64,000 nt of DNA, taken from positions 198,338,162 through 198,402,161 of the forward strand of contig NC_058131.1 in assembly GCF_016433145.1 (NCBI RefSeq), in the 5' to 3' direction. The DNA comes from Gracilinanus agilis (lineage: Eukaryota). Shown here in pieces: positions 1 to 12,467 of this stretch. The translations under genes and the position numbers were made by a program. The stretch's first letter is position 1; every line of letters starts with the position of its first letter. The notes beneath the pieces were generated by a model that saw only the letters and a program-made list of their open reading frames with translations, made no database searches and was not told where the DNA came from.

Positions 1-330
1 GCAACTGTATTTTTCTGCTTCAGAAGAGATATTTGAGGTCTTTCACCCACTCACAGGAATAAGTGTCCCTACCTCCTCTTCTGCCATCTGTTTCTGGGGA
101 AATAAAGGGTTTAATGTGAGAGACATGAGTCCATGCATTCAGCCCTTCCAGTTTTACAGTGGTGGGTGGGATAGGATAGCTTGATGGGGACTCTCCTAAG
201 GAGGTATTAACTGGTTCAATCCCTCTGTTTGTACCAAGTGTGTGATTTCTTTTTCTCCTTAGCATATTCCCATAGGGATGGGTGACTAGGTCTCAGATTT
301 GTTCAGAGGGTTATTTTAATTAAGGTTAGT
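1..330 (-). mobile_element. Class I (gamma-like) ERV pol integrase C-terminal remnant
   Basis: ORF 20-265(-) contains PTTVKLEGLNAWTHVSHIKP...YSCEWVKDLKYLF, resembling the class I ERV integrase tail (PTAVKxxGxxxWIHxSRIK...YSCEPLEDLxxLF). A neighbouring frame gives PHQAILS (cf. GPYQVLLS), indicating a frameshift. Runs off the window edge. Confidence 0.75.
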
Positions 331-419
331 GCAATCAGAAGGACCTGGACCGAATCAATTCTTTGCTTACAAAATCAGGACTGGGGGAGGAGGGGTAGGA
401 ATGGCCATGCTACACCAGG

Positions 420-599
420 GCTAAGCCTTAGTAAACTGTGCTTAGCCCAGCTGCACTCAGCACCTAAAACAATGGAGAGAGGCTAGAATGTTCCATCCCC
501 TGTGCTTGGGCCAGCCTCCTAGTCCAGGCACCCACCTGTGCCCACAGAGAGGCCTCTTTGTGCTATCTTTGGCACATGTACCATAGGTTCACCATAATG
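420..599 (-). mobile_element. hAT MITE, partial (same family as 1955-2402)
   Basis: Reverse complement starts CATTATGGTGAACCTATGGTACATGTGCCAAAGATAGCACAAAGAGGCCTCTCTGTGGGCAC, matching the 5' end of 1955-2402. Second TIR not found; left boundary approximate. Confidence 0.65.
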
Positions 600-799
600 G
601 CCTTACTTGCTTCTCCCTTATTATTAGAGAGAGATTGGGAGGGTGGGGCACTAAATTTATCCCAAAGACTTTATTTATAGAGGTCTGATCTGAACTTTCC
701 ATATAAGGATCCATTTTTCTGTCGGTAACTCTGCTTGGTTTTGACTTCATCAAATATCATTTCCCTGCTGTGGGTACTCCTTATTTTGTCCTATTGCTT

Positions 800-801
<2 letters not shown>

Positions 802-835
<34 letters not shown>
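802..835. repeat. (TG)17 microsatellite
   Basis: Perfect dinucleotide run. Confidence 0.97.
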
Positions 836-838
<3 letters not shown>

Positions 839-859
839 GCATGTGACTTGCATCTTTTC

Positions 860-1010
860 TTATCCCATTAGATTGTAAGCACCTTGAGGACAGAGATAGT
901 CTTTCTTTTTCCCATTTGTATCCTCTAAGCTTAGACCACTGTCAGACACAAATCACAAGCCAAGAAAATCCCAACTCATGAAGAGTTACACATGACTGAA
1001 AACAACTGAT
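860..1010 (+). mobile_element. L2 3' end followed by MAR1 SINE 3' tail
   Basis: CCCATTAGATTGTAAGCACCTTGAGGACAGAGAT is the L2 3' motif. GCCAAGAAAATCCCAA...GAAGAGTTACACATGACTGAAAACAACTGA is a MAR1-type tail. Confidence 0.65.
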
Positions 1011-1819
1011 TGCTTTGCTGTTGTAAAGGTCCAGTAGAGATTTTCCTAGAATACACTTATAACATACCCAAATAGTAAACCAGGTTCACTTCCCTATTCC
1101 TAATAAGGCATTTATTAAGAGTTGAGCCACATATATAAATAAAATTATAGTTTATATGTTCTGGCTCTTCTCCATTAACCATGGTGACTACATCTGTTCT
1201 TCAGTGTTCCTGGATATTCTGTGGAGTTTGGGAAAGATTTTATCTACTGCTATTGACTACAGTCCCCATTGGCTATATTACAATGGCTTCAGTTAATTTT
1301 AACAACTTATGGTTAGGTTTATTTTATAAAGAGGAATATTTACCTCAAAGATACAAGAACAAGCATACAAACATTTTCCTCAGTACCTCAAATTTGTAAT
1401 CTCCCTCATGTTATCTTTAGAAGAGAAGGATCAAAATACATATTAGTTCCTCCATAGTTTTTGTCTCAGCAAGTTTATATGGTTATGCAGCATTATTACT
1501 GAATGAGTCTTTTCTTTATCCTAGGATGCTGAAGCTTATTCCTGAAGGTTACTCTTTTCTCTTACAAGGATCAATGATGCACTGCCTTTGGAACTGTAGT
1601 GGCAGGACATAGGAGTCAGAGTCTTTGTTCTATCTGATGGCCTGACACAGACTTCTCTTGGCATCCTCTGGCATCAATGTCAGTGTTCAGAGCATCAACA
1701 TGCTAGAACCAGCAAAATAGTCACTACAGAGAGAGGAGTTAGTGGGGCTTAAAAAAAGGAGAGTAGTCTTTTTATGTCCACTTTGGACTTCTGCATTGCT
1801 TTCTGGTCTCTAGGGTTTT

Positions 1820-1821
<2 letters not shown>

Positions 1822-1863
<42 letters not shown>
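1822..1863. repeat. (TC)21 microsatellite
   Basis: Perfect dinucleotide run. Confidence 0.97.
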
Positions 1864-1867
<4 letters not shown>

Positions 1868-1954
1868 TTTTATGTTTATGCGCATTTGCATCCATCCATT
1901 AAAATAAGAGCTAGAATGATTTTGGTTTTGATTTTGTCTCCCCAATGCTTAGTA

Positions 1955-2402
1955 GAGTGATGGCAAACCTATTGCACAGGAGCCAAAGATGGCATACAGA
2001 GTGCTTTCTGTGGGCACTTGGCCACCCTCCCACTCATTCACCCAAGGTTGTTACCAGAAAGGCAGAGGGACTTGGCAGAGCTACTCCTTTCCCCCTCTCC
2101 ACCACGCCTAGTGATATTATTTCATATCACCCACCTCTTTGCCCAGTAGCCCAATGGAAACACACAGAGGTTAAGGTGGCAGTTCATAGGTGGCAGAACT
2201 AGAAGGGAGAGGAGTGCTCAGGTGATTCCCCTCTCCCTCTCTACCCTGACTGAGGACATTACTCCTTTACTTCCCCCTTTGCCCAGCAGCCCAATGAGAG
2301 GGCTTCCTCTCTTCCCTGTGGGGAGTGAGGTGGGGCAAGGCATATGGGTTCTGGATGGGGGTTTGGTTTGGCACTCCATCTCTAAAAAGTTCACTATCAC
2401 TA
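1955..2402 (+). mobile_element. hAT (Charlie-type) non-autonomous DNA transposon
   Basis: Decayed TIRs GAGTGATGGCAAACCT / AAGTTCACTATCACTA. 8-bp flanks GCTTAGTA (1947-1954) and TCCTAGTA (2403-2410) match 6/8 with the central TA typical of hAT targets. Two internal CCTCTTTGCCCAG(T/C)AGCCCAATG-like subrepeats. Confidence 0.8.
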
Positions 2403-2432
2403 TCCTAGTATATTTCCTTGAAAGTCAGATGA

Positions 2433-2647
2433 CTTTCCTTTGCTGTCATTTTAGCCAATATGCTAGGTATGAGGTGGTACCTCAGAGTTGTTTTGATTTG
2501 CAATGCTCTAATTATAAGGGATTTAGGACACTTTTTCATGTGCTTATTGATAGTTTTGATTTATCTGAAAATTGCCTATACATATCCCTTGCCAATTTAT
2601 CAATTGGGGAATGACTTGCTTTTTTGTACAATTGATTTATCTCCATA

Positions 2648-2680
<33 letters not shown>

Positions 2681-3644
2681 GAGTAATTAGACCTTTGTCA
2701 GAGGTTTTTGTCATAAAGATTTTTTCCCCATTTGTTACTTCCCTTCTAGTATTGATTGCATAGGTTTTGCTTGTATAAAACCTTTTTAATTTAATGTAAT
2801 CAAAATTAGTTATTTTACATTTTGTAACATTTTCTAACTCTTTTTGGTCTTAAACTCTTTACTTCGTTGTTTCCTATGTTGGAAGGGTTGTTCCAAAATT
2901 GGGACATTAATGCATTGCTGGTAGAGTTGTGAATTGATCCAAATACTTGGGATGACAATTTGAAAATATTCCTAAAGGGCTTTAAATGACAATCTTCCTT
3001 TTGATCCAGCAATACCACTGCTAGGTTAATACCTCAAAGAGATCATAAGGAAAAAGACTTGTACAAAAATATTTATTGCCATGCTCTTTGTGGTGTCAAA
3101 AAATTGGAAAATGAGGGAATGCCCTTCAATTGGGGAATGGCTGAACAAATTGTGGTATCTGTTTGTGATGGAATACTATTGTGCTGAAAGGAATAATGAA
3201 CTGGAGGAATTCCATGTGAACTGGAATGACCTACAGGAACTGATGCAGAACCAGGAGAACATTGTACACAGAGACTGATACAATGTGGCATAATCGAATA
3301 TAATGGGCTTCTGTACTAGCAGCAATGCAACGATCTAGGACAATTCTGAGGGACTTATGAGAGAACGCTATTCACATCCAGAGAAAGAACTGTGGGAGTA
3401 GAAAAAAGAAGAAAAACAACTGCTTGATCACATGGGTCTATGGGAATATGATTGTGGATGTAGACTCTAAGCAATCACCAAAATGCGAATATTAATAATA
3501 TGGAAATAGGTCTTGATCAATGACACATGTAAAACTCAACTGCTCATTGGCCATGGGAGAGGAGTAAGAGGTAGGGAGGGAAATCATGTAACCATGGCAA
3601 AATATTCTAAATTAATTAATCAAATAAAAATTTTCAAATAAAAT
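2433..3644 (+). mobile_element. 5'-truncated, 5'-inverted L1 with 12-bp TSD
   Basis: 2433-~2870 is antisense ORF2; ~2875-3644 is sense ORF2 end, 3'UTR and A-rich tail. TSD AAAGTCAGATGA at 2421-2432 and 3645-3656. ORF 3081-3278 is the L1 ORF2 C-terminus. Confidence 0.9.
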
Positions 3645-3669
3645 AAAGTCAGATGAACACATTTTTGGT

Positions 3670-3740
3670 ATCAACCAACCAATCAATATGTATTAAGTTC
3701 CAGGCACTCTGCTTATTATAGGGAATAAACAGAAGCACTC
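3670..3740 (-). mobile_element. L2 3' end
   Basis: TCAACCAACCAATCAATATGTATTAAGTTCCAGGCACTCTGCT, the reverse complement of the L2 terminus. Confidence 0.6.
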
Positions 3741-3819
3741 AAAAATAGCCCTCAATTAACAATCAGATTTTTTAATTAATATTTTAATTAATATATATAT
3801 TGGAATTGAATTAACAATT

Positions 3820-4020
3820 ACAGAATCCTAAATTTGAAAGGAATCTCAGAGGCAATGCACAGCCGCACAAGTATCCACTGTAGAACATAACTAATATTCA
3901 TGTAGTCTTTCCTTGAAAGCTTTCAGTGAGACATAACCCGCTATCTTTCAAGGCAGTCCATTCCATTTTGGGTTGATTAAATAGGAATTTTTCCCCTTAA
4001 ATTAATCTTAAATCAGCATT
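3820..4020. mobile_element. CR1/L3-derived fragment
   Basis: CTTTCAAGGCAGTCCATTCCATTTTGGG motif and context resemble the amniote L3/CR1 3' region; heavily diverged. Confidence 0.5.
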
Positions 4021-5204
4021 GCTATGATATCACCTCATGAGGAGATGGTATAGGAATCTGAAGTCAGAATATCTTTTGTCCACTATTCACTTAAAAATCC
4101 AAATATTATTATAATGACCTTCAGTTAATTAAAACATATATACTGTCAGAAAGTTGGCTTTGGAAACTTCATTAGAAGGCTTTGATATAGGTGATAAAAA
4201 AGAAAATTTTAATTTCCTCAGAAACTAGTTTTGCATAGTGATGAAATCTATTTATTTGGTAATATTTGACAACTATTCTAGTGGGTGCCAGTGTATCAAA
4301 TATTGCTAGATTGAAGCAGAGTGAGGTAAGGTTACAATATAATATTCAAGTTCTCATAAAATAAGGCTTTGTTTGGATGTTCATGAGTATTGAATGGAGC
4401 TGGCATTATTTGGATGACTGTTTTTTGGCATGTTATGTCAGGAATTGGATACCAAGAGTCCTTCTATAATTAGTCTTTGAGAACTTGCTTATGTTTATCA
4501 TTTTGATATATTTTAAATTTGTAGGACTGGAGACTAAAATGTTCTGTCAGTGTATCCTAAGGATAAACTAAAACTCTCCTTGAGTTGTCTCCCTTCCCTA
4601 AGGAAAGGGTGGAAGTTGAACTAGAGAGTCAATAAATATTAAGCTTGTGTAACTATCTGACTTGTTTGGGATCCTATGCAAGGGGTAATCTGGAGGAAAA
4701 CTGAGGCTTATCAGACTACTTTTGGGGCAAAAGTCATTAATATGTCCATAAGTTCTATTTTTCTGAACACTTAATGGGTCCTATTCAAAAAAGCATTGTT
4801 ACCCACAATAAAGATGATTGGCATTGGGGAGGAAGAGGAAACAATTGGGTTACATTGGATGATTAATTCTGTAAAAATTGCAGACATGCTTGTTAAATTC
4901 AAGTGAATTAAATTGAATTGTCATGGAACACTACCTTTATGTAAAAGGGATAAGTGAACGAAATCCAAGTTGAAATCAAGGAATTTCAAAACAGCCTATT
5001 CTATTTTTAGGGTAAGGAAACTCAGTTAGCCTTTGTACCAACACAATTACATTTGGATCTACATCTTTTTTTTCTCTCTTCCTGGTAATTAAAGCCATGA
5101 TTATAACCCTAACTTATCAAAGGTTGAAAATGTGTTGAAATATGTTCATTGCACTCTTTTCTATATTAAAGTCCTTTTTTTCCAAATCTGCATTATGATT
5201 GATT

Positions 5205-5350
5205 CCTTGGGCAAGTCACTTAACCCCTACCTCATCTCCTCATCTATAGAATGAACTAGAGAAGAAAATGGCAAACCAGTCCAATATCTTTGCCAAGAAT
5301 ACCCCAAATGGTGTTATGAAGAGTTAGAGATAACTGAAAATAACTGAAAT
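5205..5350 (+). mobile_element. MAR1 (marsupial CORE-SINE) 3' part
   Basis: CORE motif CCTTGGGCAAGTCACTTAACC followed by GAGAAGAAAATGGCAAACCAGTCCAATATCTTTGCCAAGAATACCCCAAATGG. Confidence 0.8.
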
Positions 5351-6180
5351 ACAAAAGAGAAATCATAAAGCTTTTCAGCAAAATCACTAATAAGAAAATG
5401 CTTTAGTAAGTCCTATTTGTAACAATTATTTTAAAGAGTATAAGTTCTTCTAACACTTAGAATTCCAAAACTATGTGTGATGTAGGAAGGGTGGAGAAAT
5501 GCAAAGAAATGTGAACTCCTGCTTGCATATCATGATATTTGAAGTTGAACAAGGAAATGAAATGAAGAAATTTGTTTTTTCTCACTTAATGAAAGGAAAT
5601 ACCAATTATTGACCTCGGAAACCATGAAAATAGCTTCAGTAGATGAAGCTACTGCTGCCAATTATCTACCTTGGCATGGGAGCACCATAAACAGCTGGAT
5701 ATAGATTAAATGGGGGAAAAAGTAATATGAAATGTACTAGGATTTCATTTGGATTTAGCATGTAAGTAACTCTGTGTTCATTGTGGTGTGACTGCATTAG
5801 GAATTAGTAGGTAAAATGGATTCTGGCACAACTTATAATGTATACTGGTAGTGGAGATACAACATGGTTCTAGTGGATAGTAAGTACATAAAACTGTCCC
5901 CAAAGTCAAGAAGATTTGGAATCCAGGCATACTTCTGACATTTAGTGAACTGTGCGGGAAGGAGGTGCCTATAAAAGTTTTCAGTGTATGCACTCTACAT
6001 TTCAGTATCCACTTAAAAGCCTAGCTCACAAGCCCCCAACAATGTATATACTTTTACCACTCAAGCATCATCACTTAACTTTTTAGTGTTCTAGGCAACT
6101 CTATATATCTGTCAAAGCCAGAGAAGCACCAATTCGAATTGGAAATGGAAGTTTCTCACCAGTAACTCCTTACAGTGTAC

Positions 6181-6461
6181 CAGTGATGGGCAAACTTTTG
6201 AGCTTGGTGTGTCAATATTCACCAAAAAAAAAAACAAGCATAACTCTTGTGGTGTGCCACTTTGAGAAAAACAAAACAAAAAATGTAATTTCATGATATT
6301 TATAGTTTAAATAACAAAATGTATAATTTTAATATATAACTGTATTTAATAAACCAAAAAAGGTTCATTAATATAGATAGAATTTTCATCTATAGTGCAC
6401 AGAGTACAGCAAATGTTTCATCCTTGGCATGCAGCCCCTTACTATAGGTTTGCCATCACTA
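6181..6461 (+). mobile_element. hAT MITE
   Basis: TIRs CAGTGATGGGCAAACT and AGGTTTGCCATCACTA; TSD not preserved. Confidence 0.75.
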
Positions 6462-6519
6462 CCTAACACCTATGAAATCACACATCCTGCTCATCTTCCA
6501 ATCCCCCCTAAAATCTGTG

Positions 6520-6705
6520 ATAGAACAGTGGAAATCCTATTAGACTCTAAATCAGAGGAGTAGAATGTGAATACTGGCTCTGCTGCTTATTTCTTTCTGA
6601 CTTTGGATAAGTCACTTATCTTTTTTGAGACTCAGTTTCCTAATCTATAAAACTGATGACTTTGATCTATATATGATTAATCCTCTTTAATCCCTAGATA
6701 CTAGA
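6520..6705 (+). mobile_element. MIR SINE
   Basis: CORE: GACTTTGGATAAGTCACTTATCTTTTTTGAGACTCAGTTTCCTAATCTATAAAA. Confidence 0.7.
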
Positions 6706-7284
6706 AATGGATATGTTTTTAAATTTTACTAAAATAGCATTTTAATCCTCAGGTATGGTGGCATATTTTTAACCTACAACTAGTCTTGCTACAAGAATTA
6801 CTCCTTGAGTTGTCAGACCTTCAGTCAATTTATATTAGAAACAGAATTTTCTTCAGGAAGGCATTTCAAAGCCTGCCTTGGGTTGAAGAAAGAAAGTTTC
6901 ATGAATACACTTGCTAATTCTAGTTGCTCAACAGTTATTATTTTAATAATTGTCAACTATAAGAATTTCCACACAGTTAGAAGTCTGTTGATTGTAGGAT
7001 GGTGCTTGGGAACTAGGTGTGTTTTTCAGTAGGCATAGTTCCACCAAAATATGTTTTTTAAGGAGAAAATGCATAGCTTTCAATTCCCATATTATGTTCA
7101 ATCACACAGAAGCAGACAGGCAAGAGTTCAAATACATATGGATAAGATTACACAGATATAACTCAGGGAGAGAACTTCCAATTTATTCGTGAGTTCATTG
7201 CAAAGTCTTCACTTGAGATAGTTACTTTGCTTCCATTTAGTATTAGTAGTTCCAATCCGTTTCACTCTTTTTATTATTATTATT

Positions 7285-9480
7285 TTTTAATTTTAATTTT
7301 TGCCACCACAAAGAGTGTGGATATAAACATTTTTGTACAAGTATTTTTCCTTATGATCTCTTTGGGGGTACAAACCCAGCAGTGCTATGGCAGTGTCAAA
7401 GGGCAGGCTTTAATCTAAAGCCCCTTGGGCATAATCCCAAATTGCCTAAAAAAATGGTTGGACCAATTTACAACTCCACCAGCAGTGTATTAGTTTCCCA
7501 ATTTTGCCACATCCCCTCTAACATTTATCACTTTTCTTTGCTGTCATATTGGCCAATCTGCTAGGTGTGAAGTGGTACCTCAGAGTTGTTTTAATTGGCA
7601 TTTCTCTAATCAGGAGGGATTTATAACACTTTTTCATGTGCTTATTGATAGTTTTGATTTCTTTACCTGAAAACTGCCTATTCATGTCCCTTGACCATTT
7701 ATCAATTGATAAATGGCTTGTTTGTTTGGTACATTTGACTTAGTTCCTTATGTATTTGGGAAATTAAACTGTTATCAGAGAGTTTTTTTTATTAAAATAT
7801 TCTCCCAGTTTGTTGCTTTCCTTCTAATTTTGGTTGCATTGGTTTTGTTTGTACAAAACCTTTTAAATTTGATATAATCAACATCATTCATTTTACATTT
7901 TACAATGTTCTCTATCTCTTGTTTGGTCTTAAATTCCTTCCTTTCCCAGAGATCTGACAGGTATACTAATCTATGTTCAATCTAATTTATTTATGATTTC
8001 ACTCTTTATAAGTCATTTACCTATTTTGAATTTATCTTGGTATAGGGTAAAATTTGATCTAAACCTAATTTCTCCCATACTATTTTCCAATTTTCATAGC
8101 AATTTTTGTCAAATAACTAGTTCTTGTTCCAAAAGCTGGGTTCTTTGGATTTATCAAACACTAGCTTACTAAGATCATTTGCCCCTAGCTTATTCCATTG
8201 ATCCACCATCTGTCTCTTAGCCAGTACCATATTGTTTTGATTCCTACTGCTTTATAGTACAATTTAAGATCTAGTACTGCTAGGCCTCCATCCTTCACAT
8301 TTTTTTTCATTATTTCCCTTGATATTCTTGATATTTTGTACTTCCAGATGAACTTTGTTATAATTTTTTCTAATTCTATAAAAAAGCAGGTTTTTTTGGT
8401 AGTTTGATAGGTATGGCACTGAATAAGTAGATTAATTTGGGTAGGATTGTCATTTTTATTATGTTAGCTCATGTTATCCATGAGCAATTAATATTTTTTC
8501 CAATTGTTTAGATCTAGTTTTAATTGTGTGATTTAGTTTTTAGCCTTTTAGTTGATTTTCTGGGGTTCTTTAAGTAGACCATCATATCATCTGCAAAGAG
8601 TGATGGTTTTGTCTCCTCTTTACCAGTTTAATTGCTTCAATTTCTTTTTCTTCTATAGTTGCTATTATTTGTGGTTTCTAGTACAATACTGAATAAAGGA
8701 GGTGATAATGGGCATCCTTACTTCACTCCTGATCTTATTGGGAAGGCTTTTAACTTGTCAGAGTTGCAGATGATACTTGCTGAAGGTTTTAAATATATAC
8801 CATTTTTTTTTTTAATTTTAAGAAATTACTGTTCTATTCCTATACTCTGTGGTGTTTTCAAAGGAATGGGTGTTGTATTTTGTCAAAGGTTTTTTTCTGC
8901 ACCTATTGAGATAATCATGTGATTTTTGTTATTTTGATTATTGAAATGATCAATTATGTGGATGGTTTTCCTAATATTAAACCATCCTTGCATTTATGTT
9001 ATACTCGATCATAATGGATAATCCTCATGATCACTTGCTGGAGTCTTTTTGCTAGCATTCTATTTAATATTTTTGCATCTATATTCATTAAGGAGATTGG
9101 TCTATAGTTTTCTCTCTTAGTTTTTGGTCTGCCTGGCTTTGGAGTCAGTAACATATTTGTGTCATGAAAGGAATTTGTTAAAACTACTTCTTTGCATATT
9201 TTGCCAAATAATTTTTATAGTATTGGTATTAGTTGTTCTTTAAATGTTTGATAGAATTCACTTGTGAATCCATGTAGTGCTGGGGATTTTTTCTTAAGAA
9301 ATTCCTTAATGGCTTGTTCAATTTCTTTTTCTGTGATAGGATTGTTTAAGAATTCTATTTCCTCTTTTGCTAATCTGGGTAATTTATATTTCTGTAAATA
9401 TTCACCTATTTTACCTAGATTATCATATTTATTACCATATAATTAAGCAAAGTAGTTTTTAATAATTGCAATGATTTTTT
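7285..9480 (-). mobile_element. L1 ORF2 (RT to C-terminal region), decayed
   Basis: Antisense L1 ORF2; e.g. GATAATGGGCATCCTTACTTCACTCCTGATCTTATTGGGAAGGC is the antisense of the RT segment [15 protein letters not shown] also present at ~50640-50690. No long intact ORF. Confidence 0.9.
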
Positions 9481-9589
9481 GTCATTAATATGCATACATA
9501 TCACCATACATCATAGTGTTCCATATCATCATATTTACACATATATAATTTCTTCATATACATACATATTCATATTATCATCAATAGCT

Positions 9590-12467
9590 TAATTTTTCAC
9601 CCTCTATCTGAGTAAATTCCTTCTATCTTCTCTACTACTGAGACTAATTTTTGACAATTATAGAAATGCTTTTTCCATGTAGACATATAGAAATTTCTAC
9701 CTTAATGCCTCTCTTACATTATTTCTTTCTTATTTAACTTTCTGGGCTTCTCTTGAATCTTGTATTTGACCTTCAAATTTTTTGTTTAGGTCTGGCTTAT
9801 TTCTCAGGAATGCTTGTTAATCTTGTATCTTATTGAATGGCCATTTTTCCCCTGAAAAAGTATACACAGTTTTGCTGGACAGGAAACTCTGGGTTGTAAA
9901 CCCAAATCTTTTGCCTTTCTGAATATCATATTCCATGCTTTCTGATCCTTTAATGTAGAAGTCACTAGTGTGGAAAAGAAAATTGTGCATCAAGCTTATG
10001 CATTTCTACGCACTGAGATGGAGCAGATAGTAGTTGTAATGTCATGGGAGGGAGAGTGACAGTTGGATTGAGAGAAGAGGATTGTGGGGAAATGGAGAAC
10101 TGAAGGGTATTTTCCCTCTAAACTCTGTTGACTGTGGAGCTAAGACCTGGAGCTATAGATCCCAACTCGTGGAAAAGCCTTGTGCCTTTTCTTCCTTACT
10201 ACAAGGAGAAAGAAGGTTCCTGTTGTGGAAAGCTTCCATTGGAGGAAGAACTAACTACAACAGTGGTTGAGAAGGGGCTGACCCCTTAATGTCAGTGGTT
10301 CACCCTGAAGATCCTTTCATTCCCTTGACCTTTCCAAGAAGGACACTTGCCTCTTGTTAAGGGAGGATAGAGACTTTGATTAGCTTAGAAGGAGATAGAT
10401 CAGTTGGAGCTGAGCCACCTTGGTACAGGTGATGAAAACAAAACCCAGTAGGATCTTCTCTTCCCTTAAACTTATCCCCTTTCTAAATTTACTATAATTG
10501 TTAACTACTTGAGAAATAGAAAATTGCAGTCAGATTCATACTGGAGGGAGAACAAATAATAAGAAACTGGTGGTGAAGATTGCCATTAGCCTGGGCAAGA
10601 CAATGAGAGCCAACAGTGACAGTCTGTCAGCAAGGGGAACTCCTGAGGTTCAACTACTAGTCAATCTTTGCCAAGTAATCTCCACTAATCCCCAGAAGTG
10701 TAATCAAAGACACTGGTCCTGTCATCCTTAACCTAATCTTACCTCTCTTGTGGGTGTTTATGAGAGAATTTCAAAAGCAGCCTCTCAGCCACAGAGGGTA
10801 TTCCCCCATTTTACCTCTTTAGCCTTCCAGCCCTGCACCTCTGCCATTTCCTGTTCCCACCCCATCCTTATCCCAGTACCTTTCAAACTTTACACCAGGC
10901 CCTGTGTGATCCTAATTGTAGCTCCATGGTCTTTGAATACTTTCTTTCTGTCTGCTTGAAGTACTTTTTCTTTGGCTTAGTGGGTCTTGAGTTTGGCTAT
11001 TACATTCCTGGAAGTTGTCAATTGAGGATTTCTTTCTGGAAGTAATTGGTGAATTCTTTCAATTTCAATTTTTTTTTCTTGTTCAAGGATGTCTGGGCAG
11101 TCATCTTTGAAAATTTCTTGTATTATGATATCCAAGGCTTTTTCTTCTTGGCTTTCAGGTAATCCAAAAATTCTCATATTGTCTCTCATAGATCTATTTT
11201 ATAGGTCTGTTGTTTTTTCAATAAGATATTTCATATTTTCCTCTGTTTCTTTCATTCCTTTAATTCTGCTTTATTGTTTCTTAATTTCTCAGGAGATCAT
11301 TGGTTTCTAGATAGTCAGTTCACATGTTTAGGACATGGTTTTCCTCTTTCAGTTTTTGGTTCTCCTTTTTCAATTGGCCCATTTCTTCTTGCATCACTTT
11401 CCTCTACCTCTAATAATTCGGTTTTGAAGTCATTATTGAGCTCTTCTAGAATCTGTGTCCAATCCATATTTTATTTGGACTTTGGGTGTGTTTCCTTTGA
11501 TTTCACTGTCCCTTTGTGGGTCTTCACCTTGCTCTTTGTCTCCCTAAAAAGTTTTTAGAGTTAGGTGATTTTTTGATTGTTTGCTCATTTTTCCTATCTA
11601 ATTATAGGTAGACTCTGTTTTCTGGGGAGTTGGGGTATGCTTTAAAACATCAGTCCCTCCTTGATGTTTTTGTTGACTTATTTTCTGGGTTGTTACTAGT
11701 TTACCAGATGGTCTGAGGACTGAGAGCTCTGAGAGTCCCTTCCCCCTGCTTATTCAATTGACCCTTGAGCTGTGGAAAGCTTAAAGACTTTCCTCAGGCT
11801 TGGGTGTAAGCTTTTGACCTCAGTTTGAATTTAATTAGTTCAGGTGCTGATCAGATTTTAGCCCCAGGTTTAGGCTTGTGGATTTTTTGGTCCCAAGGTG
11901 TTCTTGATTTAATCAGGCACACCCTTTATTGCCCTGTCCTGGAGCTCTACACTTAATTTTGGGCAAAAATATCCCGTGGAGCCTCCCTCTGAGAACTGTG
12001 TCCTTAACCCACACCCAGACTGAGATTTGTGGCTTTACTCTAGGCCCACATGGATTGGCCCCCTTTGGCCCAGATTGCCCTGGACTGGGACTCTGGACTT
12101 CTCCACAAGTTTGCAATTTCAAGGGGTGTTAGTTGACTTGGATTCCAGGGTTTGACTTAGCTTAGGTTTAATTTTGGAAACTGTGAGAGCAGATGTGTCG
12201 GCTGGTGGAGGTGTGGCTTGCTCTTGGCTTGCTCTTCACTTGCTGCTATGCCCTCTTCTAGCTCCACTGCCCTTTCACCTCAGTTCCCCAGATGATCTCT
12301 GCCTACCTTTTGGGGTTTTCTTTTTTTGAAGGTTGTTTCTCTCTGTCTATTTTGGTTCTTTCACTCTTGTATTCTTTTTGTGAAGATATTTTACTCTTGA
12401 TTGGAGAGGATTTTTGTGGTAAAATGGTGTGCTGCTGCCCTAGTTGCTCCTCCTCCATCTTGGTTCC
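9590..12467 (-). mobile_element. L1 5'UTR-ORF1, interrupted by a solo LTR
   Basis: ORF 10977-11189(-), RDNMRIFGLPES...EIERIHQLLPERNPQLTTSRNVIAK, is the L1 ORF1p RRM region. L1 5' end signature CCATCTTGGTTCCACC at ~12455-12470. Confidence 0.85.
9969..10894. mobile_element. Solo ERV LTR inserted in L1
   Basis: TG...CA termini; 4-bp flanks CTAG/CCAG. L1 sequence is continuous across it (GTAGAAGTCACTAG | GCCCTGTGTGATCCTAATTGTAGCTCC; compare the unbroken equivalent at ~14262-14300). Confidence 0.8.
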
